Assembly (NCBI GenBank): GCA_009859145.1
Contig: VRVR01000023.1
Coordinates: forward strand, 255,494-319,493
Direction: 5' to 3'
DNA: 64,000 nucleotides
Origin: Andalucia godoyi And28
Taxonomy: Eukaryota > Protista > Jakobida
Below the pieces are notes generated by a model. It saw only the letters and a list, made by a program, of their open reading frames with translations, had not been told where the DNA came from and did no database searches. The translations under genes were made by a program, and so were the position numbers. Of this stretch, positions 19,674 through 29,579 are shown in pieces (within the stretch, counting starts at the first letter, position 1; the number at the start of each line of letters is the position of its first letter).

Positions 19674-20348
19674 TTATTCGGTTCCCGTAGCAAGCGCCAA
19701 TCCTGGGTAGTACAGCAAGTCCATTTCCGGCGCATCGGCTCCATGTTGAGTGAGTGCTGTTGACACTTGGCCGCGATGGTGGGTGGAGTGATTGAAGACA
19801 TGGGCAAGAATATGCCATCGGATCTTCTCCATCTGCAAACCCTTTGTATTGCGGTATCGAAACGAAAGCAGCACGTCCGATTCGTCGTACTCTTCAACAA
19901 GCCGAACCCAGAGCTGCGACATCTTTCTCAGTTCATCTTTTAAATCATCGTAATCAGAGACCGCATTCCCCCAGGACCCTCGATCTGCACTCCAAAATGC
20001 GCTCAGTGCGTGCTGAATGTCAACCAACCCGTCCTCGCAGCCTCCATCATCACCATCTCTATCTCCACCGGCAATTGTCGAGTGCGTCGTCTCCTTGTTC
20101 AGCCGCACTGCAGCGAACCGAAACTTCCGAACAGAATCATTAGAAAATGGGTTCGTTGCGGTCATTCGAGCGTACCACAAGGCCTCGGAAAACAAAATAT
20201 GCACCAGTGTCCCGTGGATGGACGCAAAGAACAAACCGCCGTGCGCGCGTCGAGCTGTTTCAGGAAGCGCGTCGCACGACTCCAGCAACTTGTTTGTTGC
20301 CCACACATTGTATTGCGCCATCAAGCGCAAGTGCATCGCCAGAGTCAT
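19674..20348 (-). CDS. DinB/YfiT-superfamily protein (bacterial-type four-helix bundle, putative thiol transferase/metalloenzyme)
   Basis: YNVWATNKLLESC, GLFFASIHGTLVHIL and HVFNHSTHHRGQVSTALTQHG..MDL match the bacterial DinB pattern with its His triad. Confidence 0.85.
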   Translation of the reverse strand: MTLAMHLRLMAQYNVWATNKLLESCDALPETARRAHGGLFFASIHGTLVHILFSEALWYARMTATNPFSNDSVRKFRFAAVRLNKETTHSTIAGGDRDGDDGGCEDGLVDIQHALSAFWSADRGSWGNAVSDYDDLKDELRKMSQLWVRLVEEYDESDVLLSFRYRNTKGLQMEKIRWHILAHVFNHSTHHRGQVSTALTQHGADAPEMDLLYYPGLALATGTE

Positions 20349-20568
20349 TATGCTGTATGTGTGTGTGTGTGTTCTTCTGGTGGTGGAAAGACGTGGAAAG
20401 ATGCGTTGCCCAGATTTTGCAATGGTCTTTCATCGAAGAGCGTTTCCGAGTTTGGCGAGATTGCGTTGACAGCTGTCGATCGCGGTTCGCAAGAATCCTT
20501 TTTTGCTCTCCTAATCACGCTTCTCTCGTTGTTCTTCTTCGTTCTCCGACTCTTATCATCATCATCAA

Positions 20569-20619
<51 letters not shown>
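20569..20619. repeat. (TAG)17 microsatellite
   Basis: Direct read; lies between the divergent DinB and DNAAF4 starts. Confidence 0.95.
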
Positions 20620-20675
20620 CCGGCGTATTACGCATAGTTTTCCTTTTTTTGTTGTTGTTGTTTTGTTTTTTTGGG

Positions 20676-22805
20676 ATGCCTGTTTCTTGCAAGTACAGCT
20701 GGACAGAGTCGGAGAGCCATGTGGAGGTGGACGTGACACTTCCGAATGCATCGTGTGCGCGAGTGCTTGACTTGGAGATCTACGACTCGTTCATCACACT
20801 AAACAGTCCGCCGTATCTGTTGGACATTGATCTTTCGGGCGTTGTGGTTCCCCACGACTCGTCTGCGTCTGTCGAGTCGTTGGACACGGTGGTTTTTCGG
20901 TTGCAAAAGGCTCCCGAGTCTGTGGGAAAATGGGGTGTTCTCGAGTGGAAGGCAGGCGACAAGAAGACGCGCATGGAGCGTCGAAAAGAGGCCGTTTCTA
21001 GACGCGTGGCATATGAAGAGGATGCACAGAGAAGGAGAGTGGAAGAACGACGCAAATTGGAAAAGAAGGTGTTTGAAGAATCGTGGGAGCTCGAAAAACA
21101 AAAGAAGCAAACGGTCGAGGCTCAGAAGGGGAAAGAGCGGTCCGAGGCAGAAGTGGAAATTCAGGAGTTTGTGGACAAGTCGTCTGCAAAGAGGAACGAA
21201 GACCGCGAAGCGGAAGAGGAAGAGGAAGAAGAAGAAGAGGAAAATGTGGAGCATTCGCATACCCACCATCACGTGAGGTGGGCAGATGAAGAGGAAAGCG
21301 GTTCGGGGACGAGCGCAAGTCACAAAAGAGAAGCGGCAACAAAGAAGGAGATGTTTGATATGGAAGACGAGGTTACGACGGAAAAGAGTGCGCCGCTGCC
21401 CCCTATTCGAGACCACAGACCAGTTTCGGTATCCTTCACACCGTCGGCCTCGCATCTACCGGCTCGCGACAACTCGTCTCGGAGTGCTGAGCTCGACAGT
21501 GAATTCAAACCCCGAAAGGCAGTGGTGCAAAAGGAAAAGAACCCGAATTCTGGAGAAGTGGAGGAAAAGAACTCGCTGTGGCTCAAGGATCGAGGTGACT
21601 ACTTTTACAAGCTGAAAAACTACGAAAGTGCCATTCTACAGTACGATGTGGCCATTGAGCTGGATCCGCAGTACTATGATGCGCTGTCAAATCGCGCGTT
21701 ATGCCACTTCATGCAAGGGGACTACCACAAGTGTATAGGCGATTGTTCCACCTGCATTCAGATGTTCTTTTCTGGCCGAAAGGACGCTGTAGCGCCTTCA
21801 TCGGAGAGTGCCCGTCGAATTGCGAAGTGGTATGTTCGTCGAGGAACTGCATTGTTTTACAGCGCTTCCTATGCAGAAGCCTTCCGCGACTATCGACGTG
21901 CAGCCCAGCTTTGGCCGCAGGACATATCTCTTCAGTTGGATTTGCACGATATTCGACGTGCGGCACTGATGTCCGGCGCGTTGAAGAGAAGCGAGAAGGA
22001 CAGTGGCAACACCATGGATGTCGTTGGGGATGTCGTTTCCCCGAAATTCGATATGGAGGACGATGTTCTATGCGCTTCTGCGCGTGCTTTATTGGGCTTC
22101 TCGGAGGAATCGATGGAGACGAAGAAGAAGGCGGATGCGTTGTTCGCCGCTCACAAGCTTCCAGAGGCAATTACCGAGTACAGAAATTGCTTGAATTCCG
22201 ACCGCCGCAATTTGTATGCGTGGGGCAACATGACGGCCTGCTTGTTGAAAGCGGGCATGTATACGGAATGCGTAGCCGAGTGTACTGTGCTGATGGATAT
22301 TTGTGCGGATCTTATTGTCAAGACAGAGGGCAAGCCGCTTTCAGTGTTGTTCCTGAAGTCTGCTGCTCGAAGAGCGTTTGCGAACTTGCATCTCGGTCGG
22401 CTCGAGAACGCTCTCAAGGATATTGCGCACGCTTCCAGGATTGATCCCGCGAACCGCTTCTTGCGAGAGGATCATGATCTCATTTCGAACATCAATAAGC
22501 TGCACACGGATGCGAAGTTTGATCGAAATCGGGCTGTGTTCTTCATCAAGAGCGGGCAATGGAAGGAAGCAGAGAGTGCATATCGGGCTGCCATATCCAA
22601 GTGGCCGTGTGATCCGGTTGCGCTTGCCGGTATTGGAAAGTGTCTTTTGGAACTCGGACGACAAGATGAATCCAGGAAAGTCTTTGAGCAGGTTCTGCAG
22701 TTTGTGTCGGATCCGCTTGCAGAATCCTGTTTCGAGAAGGATGACCTTGCATCGGCGTTTTCAGATGCACGGAGCGCCGTTGCATTACCCGCGGTGTCGA
22801 CGTAG
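20676..22805 (+). CDS. DNAAF4: Dynein axonemal assembly factor 4 (DYX1C1)-like: CS/p23 domain, coiled coil and TPRs
   Basis: MPVSCKYSWTES..LNSPPYLLDIDL CS domain; P..RD...SVSFT linker; WLKDRGDYFYKLKNY..Y..AI TPR. First ATG after the microsatellite is at 20676 (709 aa). Confidence 0.85.
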   Translation: MPVSCKYSWTESESHVEVDVTLPNASCARVLDLEIYDSFITLNSPPYLLDIDLSGVVVPHDSSASVESLDTVVFRLQKAPESVGKWGVLEWKAGDKKTRMERRKEAVSRRVAYEEDAQRRRVEERRKLEKKVFEESWELEKQKKQTVEAQKGKERSEAEVEIQEFVDKSSAKRNEDREAEEEEEEEEEENVEHSHTHHHVRWADEEESGSGTSASHKREAATKKEMFDMEDEVTTEKSAPLPPIRDHRPVSVSFTPSASHLPARDNSSRSAELDSEFKPRKAVVQKEKNPNSGEVEEKNSLWLKDRGDYFYKLKNYESAILQYDVAIELDPQYYDALSNRALCHFMQGDYHKCIGDCSTCIQMFFSGRKDAVAPSSESARRIAKWYVRRGTALFYSASYAEAFRDYRRAAQLWPQDISLQLDLHDIRRAALMSGALKRSEKDSGNTMDVVGDVVSPKFDMEDDVLCASARALLGFSEESMETKKKADALFAAHKLPEAITEYRNCLNSDRRNLYAWGNMTACLLKAGMYTECVAECTVLMDICADLIVKTEGKPLSVLFLKSAARRAFANLHLGRLENALKDIAHASRIDPANRFLREDHDLISNINKLHTDAKFDRNRAVFFIKSGQWKEAESAYRAAISKWPCDPVALAGIGKCLLELGRQDESRKVFEQVLQFVSDPLAESCFEKDDLASAFSDARSAVALPAVST

Positions 22806-22920
22806 CACGTGCACCCCTAGGTGGATATCTGCACCGATAGTTGGATGTACGTGGAGAGCAACAATACTTTTACAGTTTCAGATATTACTGCACAAGATCA
22901 TTGGGAAACAATCATCATGA

Positions 22921-22968
22921 GAATAATGATAAAGATAATGATAAAGATAAAGATAATGATAAAGATAA
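22921..22968. repeat. Degenerate (GATAAW)n hexamer microsatellite
   Basis: Direct read; lies between convergent gene ends. Confidence 0.85.
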
Positions 22969-23008
22969 GAACAATCGGCACTCATACACAAGCTTCGCAA
23001 GAGCCTTT

Positions 23009-24291
23009 TCAATCTGACGCATCGCCAAGCGTCCGTTCGAACTCGGCCGATCTTTGCTGAAACTTTTCGTACTCTTTTCGGAACTGCTCTTCTGGATCCT
23101 CGTCGTCCTGTTCGCCATCCGCGCGCTTTGCCAGAGGAGAGTACGAATCGGAAGATCCGCCAGGCGAGACCTCCAGAGTGCTACCGGTGGACTCTCGTTT
23201 CGACTGCAACGGAGCGCTCCTTCCCAGCGGGTCGTCGAGGGCGTCGTGGTCCGTTCCATCCAACACAAGTGGATATGACTCCGGCTCTTCCCGAGGAACC
23301 GAGTCATTTCTCAGCACCGGCACAGAAGAGGAGCCCTCCAAGCTGGCATTCGAAGCTACTACTCGATCCAACATCCTTTGAAGATGCAAACACTCTGTCT
23401 GTGACGACGACAGCGCAATTTCCATCTGTCGAATGCGATTTTCCAAGGCCTCGTTTCTCTGTCGTTCTTTTGAAAAGGCAATTTTGAGATCTTCCAGCTC
23501 CACAGAAACCTGCTCCAGTCTCACTGCTGCAAGCTGACCACTTCGAAGCTGTTTGTTGCTCATATCCGAATTAGCAAGTTGGGAATTCGCCTGCGCCGCC
23601 GCCGCTGCAGCGGGCCGTGTGCTGGAGGCACTCCCGTTATTCCTCGACGATGAGGTGCTGCTTGTCTCGCGCGACTCTGCCAGCAGATCTTGAAACGTAA
23701 TGCCTGGTCGCGAAGAACCCGAGCCCGAGCCCGAGCCCGACATTGTCGACCCATGAGAGCCCACTCCTTCGAATCCAGAAGACGCCGTTCCGGAGGCTTC
23801 AAACATGCTGAAATGCGTTGGAGACTTTTTGTCTGAAATCCGAACTCGAAGGAACAGCGGAAGATTGGGAAGCTCTTCTGATTTTGGAAGCTTGTCGAAC
23901 GGCTCTGTTAGTTCCTTTGTCTTGACCTGCAGCAGCAGCAGCTTTGCATAATCATTCCGCGTCTTTTTCCAGGAAACATTCCTGACAGGCTCCTTCAGCT
24001 TCTCCATCCACTACAAAAGGCAGAAGTGCAAAGGAAACAAAAACGACACACACACACACACACACCCAAGCAAATAAGCATTTGATTTCATTATGGAGAA
24101 AAGCAGTAGTCAAGGAGAGAAAGGAGGAAACAAAAAAAGAAAAGAGAAAAAGAAAAAGAGAGGAAAACACAGCAGGATCTAAAACATACTTTTTGACAGC
24201 GGATCTGCAACGGTTTATCAAGCGAGGAAATCGAGGACTCGATGGCTTTTCTGTAGTGAAGAAATCGCTCGTCAATCGACACGGCATCCAT
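23009..24291 (-). CDS. DUF4485/CEP112-N-terminal-like domain plus coiled-coil protein, 2 exons: join(23009..24010,24190..24291), 367 aa
   Basis: Intron 24011-24189 (GTATGT..TTTTGTAG) joins IRCQK to WMEKL, giving IRCQKWMEKL..WKKTRNDYAKLLL..EPFDKLP..LPNLP, the DUF4485 pattern (RCxxWxxKL..RNxYAxLL..GPF..P..L). Confidence 0.78.
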
Positions 24292-24819
24292 GTTTCTCCG
24301 TTTCTGAATGCCACCTGCACAATTGAGACACCGGACGGGCAGAAAGGGAGGAATCACAACAGCACACGAGCCGAAAATAAAAATAAAAATATGGACAAAA
24401 AAAATAATAATAAATACATTATAATAACAAAATAGAAAAAAGGAAAGCCGTGATCGGTCTCCGTTTTCGACGCACGAGAGAGTTCGTTGACGAAGAGAAA
24501 AAAGAGTTATCGACATGTGTCGATCGGTAGCGGAATCTCTCTCGGACCTGTCAGTCTGTCCCACCTGTCAGAGAGTGTGTCAGTTCCCGCGCTGGTGTCT
24601 CCCATCTGGCGCCAGCGCCCAACTGAGAAACCCCCCTTTATTCCCAATTCTCACGCTTTTCATCGGAGTTTGGACATTCCCAGTCTTTTTATATATCTCA
24701 CGTTTCTTTCCTTTCTTCTTCCTTTCTTCTTCCTCTCTTCTTCTTCTCGCCTCTTCTCGCCTTCTTTCTATCCATTTTCTGAATTGTTTATTTTTTTCAA
24801 GGTTCTAGGAACTCACAAA

Positions 24820-27800
24820 ATGTCTAGAAGAAGCAACCGGGCAAAGCATTCAGAACCGGGAATGCCGCAATCCGAGACTAGTGTTCCGCAGCTAGTGAAT
24901 GTATGTTTATTATTATTATTATTATTATTTGCATTTCCTGCCTTCTTCTTCTCCGATACTAATTATTTTCTGTTTTTTCCTTCTCCTTCTTCGTTATTTT
25001 TTTTTATTGGTTGACATGAAATCTTTCACCCAGGAGATTCACGGCAAGCTGTTTCCTACGGATGCAAAGACACAGCCGGAATCGCCGAGTGCAGCCTACT
25101 TTGGGTCTTTGGTGCATTCGCGCATTCTGGGATCGTCGGCCGTGTCCGCGGAGTGCAGGGCCAAGTCGTTTGTTGTTCTGGCGGAAATCTTTCGCTTGTC
25201 CGCACCGAGTGTACCGTCGTTTGAAAATGATGCACATGCGATGTCCGCGTTTCGCTTGTTTGCAGTCGAGTTGACGCATATTCAACAGGAGGATTCGCCG
25301 TATTTTGAATTGTACTTCTCCGGACTGGAAAAGCTGGCGCTGTCCAAATGCTTCTCGCACGTGTTCGAAGCGTTGCATTCGCTGTTCCAGGAGTTGGTGG
25401 AGGCAGTTTTGGAATCTGCAAACCCCGGTTCGTCCGGAAAGATCGAGCAGTACTTGGCAGATTTACTCACAGCATTGTTTGAAAAATACACAGACGACGG
25501 AGAGGACATGGACACTGTTTTTGCATCCATCTTGGAAAAATTGATTGCATTCAAGGACAAGGATGGCAACATAGTGTTCCCCGGGGCGTACGGGGTCGTT
25601 TCGCGGATGCTGTTATCGTGCTCGGATGTTCTGCAGCATCCGATCTCGCGCATCATTTCTGATTCCGTCGTGAAAGGATCTTCGTCCATCAAGCTGTTCA
25701 AAGAGCGCAAAACGCTGCACGAGATTATTTTTCAGTTGAACCAAATATCCTCCAATCTTCTACTCTTTGCTCTACCTTCTATTGCGCAAGGTCTCGACGT
25801 GGAGGCTGACGATGCAAGGCTCGCAACCGTCACACTTCTGTGCAGAATGTTTTCTTCCGAGAAGTCTACCTTGTTTTCCGAGTACGAGGGGATGTTCCAG
25901 GCTTTGCTGAGCAGATTCACGGACCGCGCTGGGCATATTCGGTTGGCACTGACGCATTTTTCAAAGGTCATGTTGCTGCATCACCCAACATCTGCTGCGG
26001 CACTGAACAGTCATCTTCGAAATCGGACGCTGGACGTCGAAGACGGAGTGAGGCGTGCGGTTGTCAGCACAGTTCTTTCTGTTGCACAACAAGACCTCTC
26101 GCTCATTGACGAAGTGGTGTTGCGAGAGGTTGGGTCTCGTTGCCACGACAAGAAGCATGCTGTGCGATCAGTTGCTGTTGACGGCCTCGTAGCATTGTAT
26201 AAGCAGTACATTCGACGTGTTGTGAGCAAGTCCTTGCCGGCAGCGGAGTGCAAGAAACTGTCGTGGATTCCCGACGTCTTGCTGGCAGCCTACATGTCGA
26301 TGGACGAGGAGCTGAGAATGACGTCAGAACGGCTTTTGGACTCGATTCTGTCCTTTGGGGAGTCCATGGAGGAACGAGCAATCTTGTTTATTCATTTGAT
26401 CAGTAACTTGTCGGCCGCGGGGATGCAAATCTTCAAAACAATGTTGGACACCAAGAAAAAGTCTTCGGAACACTTGAGCACGATCGTCCAGCTCAATCAG
26501 CAGGGACTGGATTTCACGAATGAAAAAGTGAGACGACATGTCGATGCATTGGCTGGCATGTTTCCATCCAGCAGCCGTTCCATGATTTCCGATATTGTCG
26601 TCAAGATTTACGCGCAATGCCGATCGACAAAGTTCGCTGGCCGCATTTTGTCAATTACTCAGCCCGTGACAGAGCATGACGAAATGGTGGATCACATCAA
26701 ATCTCTTCTCAAGTCGACGAAGGATCTGTCACTTTCCGATGACCACGTTCCTTGGTATCATTTTCTTGTGCGTAGATGTTCGTATGCTTCGATTTGCTCC
26801 TCGGTGCTGGAAGCCGTTGCGTCCTTGGCGATCGCGAGCCCAGATCCCACTGCCGGAAGTGCCTCTCTCATCATCTTGAATATGATCGCCGACAGATTCC
26901 CTCTGGCGCTTGGAAATTGCATGTCATCCCTGGCCCAAGTTGTGACCGAATCCAAGGGCGAAACTGCAGCTGAAAGTGCCATGCGTGTTCTCAGCAAGTG
27001 CGGTGCAGGATTAGAATCTTCAAACCCGTCTCTGTACCGCACGCTGCGATCCAAGTTCGAGTCATTTTGCATCTCGAGCCGACCTCGGCTGTCCAAATAC
27101 TCGGTCCGTCTCGCGTCGATTGGTGCGACCAATCCTGACGTTCTGTTGTCTTCGTTGTCCAGAAAGCTGCAGGACAACTGTCGCGAAGGGGCGTATCTGG
27201 GAGCTGTCCTGAGCGGCGTCTCAGAAATGCAAAAGGTCTCCAAGTTTGTGTTTGACAACATGCAGGAGGATGTTCTGACGTTCATTACCAGTGTTGTTTT
27301 GTCCTCGAGCGTCCCCAAGAATCTCCCAGATTCCGTGTCAATTGAGCAGCCAAACTCCTTCTGCGTTACAAAAAAGTACGGTCTCAAAATCCTGTCGAGA
27401 CATCTCACGAAAACGTTTGATGGAGCCCTCTTCGAAGACTTTGCAAAGTTCGTCAATGCAGTTTTCGACCGAAAGTTCTCAGTACCGGGGCACACAAGTC
27501 AAGTCGCACTGGAATATTTTTCTGGACGCAGCGTTCTGCGTCTTTTGGCAGAACCCACCACAGAGGCCCACGTTCCATTGTCCCTGTTCTACAGCTGCAC
27601 CCGCAGCGTACTGTTGAACGAAGACTCGCAAGTTCGCCTCATGTTCCTCTCCAAGGCGTATGCTCTTGTTCGGCAACAGCGTCTGCCTGTCAAGTATTTT
27701 TCGCTCTTTGTCATTGGTTGTATTGACCCAGATGCATCCGTTGCTGAGCGTAGCCGTGAATGCCTTCGTGACGTGCTGTCCGTGTTTTTCCACATTGTGC

Positions 27801-28516
27801 AGCAGCACAGCGTCACCATGAATAAGGGGTTTGCGTATACCATCATGCCAGAATACGCCATCCCGCCGCTGGTTCATATTCTGGCGCACGTGACGGAGGA
27901 TGTAGACTACAATCTTGTCGCCCGTTGTTTGCAGGTGTATTTGGAAGAGCTTTTTGCAGACGGACGAGGCAGCGGAACGCTAGCCGCGCAGCTCTTTCAA
28001 TCGCTCAAGGCGTACGACGATACCATGTCGCCGAACTCGGATCGCTGTCGCGAGATCTGCGATATTGGATCACTCGTTTTGCAGCAGGTTTCAGAAGGCC
28101 GGGTCTTTACGATTACGGATTTGTCAGGAAAAATCCAAATCATCCCCAAGATGTTCTCCGCCGCTGCGGACCGCCGGAAGGCATCGAAGACGTATGTTCC
28201 GTCCAATTTCCAGGTTCCAAAACGGACCGTTAGCCACGGGAAGTCAAGAGAACTCGTCATGCCGTCGTCGCCCTTTGGGCCAAAAGCCGGCGTTGCAACG
28301 TCCCCCGAGACTCCCGCAACCTCATCCTCTGCGAGGAAGAATTCCAGGTCCTCGAGCGAACGAAAGCGCGCCCGGAGTTCGACTTCGAGCCGCAAGTCAA
28401 AGCGCCGTGTTCGCAGAACGACGTATGACGACGACGACGATGATGATGACGGGGAGGAAGATGTAGAAGAAGAACCCGACACGGAGAATGCTGGAGACGG
28501 CGACGAAGATATTTGA
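24820..28516 (+). CDS. PDS5: Sister chromatid cohesion protein PDS5, probably 2 exons: join(24820..24900,25034..28516)
   Basis: LAEIFRLSAPSVP, RLATVTLLCRMF, RTLDVEDGVR, RCHDKKHAVR, KLSWIPDVLL and MPEYAIPPLVHILAH fit PDS5 HEAT motifs. Intron 24901-25033 (GTATGT..TTGAC..CAG) is phase 0; without it the start is ATG 25016. Confidence 0.88.
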
Positions 28517-28581
28517 ACAAAGACAACGGTCATGAGAAGCGGTTCCGTTTGCAGTTCTTGCTGTTATGTAATGATGAATGG

Positions 28582-29061
28582 TCAAAGATGGTCTTTCGAG
28601 TCCAGCAGTTTGTAAAGTTTGTGTATCTCGACACGCAATGACGCAATTCTGCAGACAACCTGCAGGGCATGTGAAAACTGCGTTTCGCAACTTCGCAAAT
28701 CTGGATTCACCAGCACTCCAAACCACTGAAGAGGATTCTTTGAGAGCCTGCGAACATCCAGTTCTGACTCGGCATCCTCGGGATCATGTATCTGAACCGG
28801 TTCCTCCAGTCGCTTGTTTGCCACAATTCTGAATTCCACGGATCCATTGCTTCCGTGTTTCTCCACAGAGATCAGCTTCGTCGGCATGATCTCCTTGGGA
28901 ACAAGCTCCGTGCTCACACGAGTGTATCCCATCGTCTTGCGGGCCTTGGCAAGATCAAACCAGCCGGCCTTCAGCATTGCTGAAAGAGACTCTTGAAGCT
29001 CCATAAATTCACCCACTTTTGACACGTACTCTTCAAAGACTGAATCCTCTGTGCCCGTCAT
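28582..29061 (-). CDS. CCDC115: V-ATPase assembly factor Vma22/CCDC115
   Basis: LKAGWFDLAKARKTMG and KNPLQWFGVLVNPDLRSCETQF match the Vma22/CCDC115 signature; ATG at 29061 (159 aa). Confidence 0.88.
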   Translation of the reverse strand: MTGTEDSVFEEYVSKVGEFMELQESLSAMLKAGWFDLAKARKTMGYTRVSTELVPKEIMPTKLISVEKHGSNGSVEFRIVANKRLEEPVQIHDPEDAESELDVRRLSKNPLQWFGVLVNPDLRSCETQFSHALQVVCRIASLRVEIHKLYKLLDSKDHL

Positions 29062-29579
29062 TTCTCCACCCCTAGTACACGTACACAACTTCTCTCTCTG
29101 CCTCTTTCTCTCTCTCCCTCTTTGTCTCTCTGCCTCTTTGTCTCTCTGCCTCTTTGCGGCCACACACCAGAGAGCTACTGCGCACTGCGGAATGCGCGCA
29201 AGTTGGCATCAATTGATTACAAAAACACACTCGGCAACCGTAGTGCGTTGGCGCGCAAATCGAGCCTTTCTTTTTGCATTTCTTTTCGGACATCTTTCCC
29301 CTCTAAAAGACACGCCTCTTTTGCTTCGCTTCTTTGGTTGAACTTCTTGCTTTCCTTTTCGTTTTTCCCTCTTTTCTTACATGTTTTTCTTGTTTTCTTT
29401 TCTCTTTTGTTTTTTTCTCAATATTTAAATCTGCTGGCGCTCTTTCATCTATTCCTCGTTTCTTACATTATTATTTTTTTTAAATCTTATTTTTAATTTC
29501 TCCTTTTTTCTTCTTCTTTCTTTTTTCTTTTTGCGTGTGTGGTTTCTGTGCGCATACGTTGTGAGCGGAGAGAAAGGAA

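Noticed and set aside
20010-20675. N-terminal 222 codons of the 931-aa ORF
   Set aside because: Antisense to the DinB gene and runs through the (TAG)n/poly-T tract; the DNAAF4 CS domain begins at ATG 20676.
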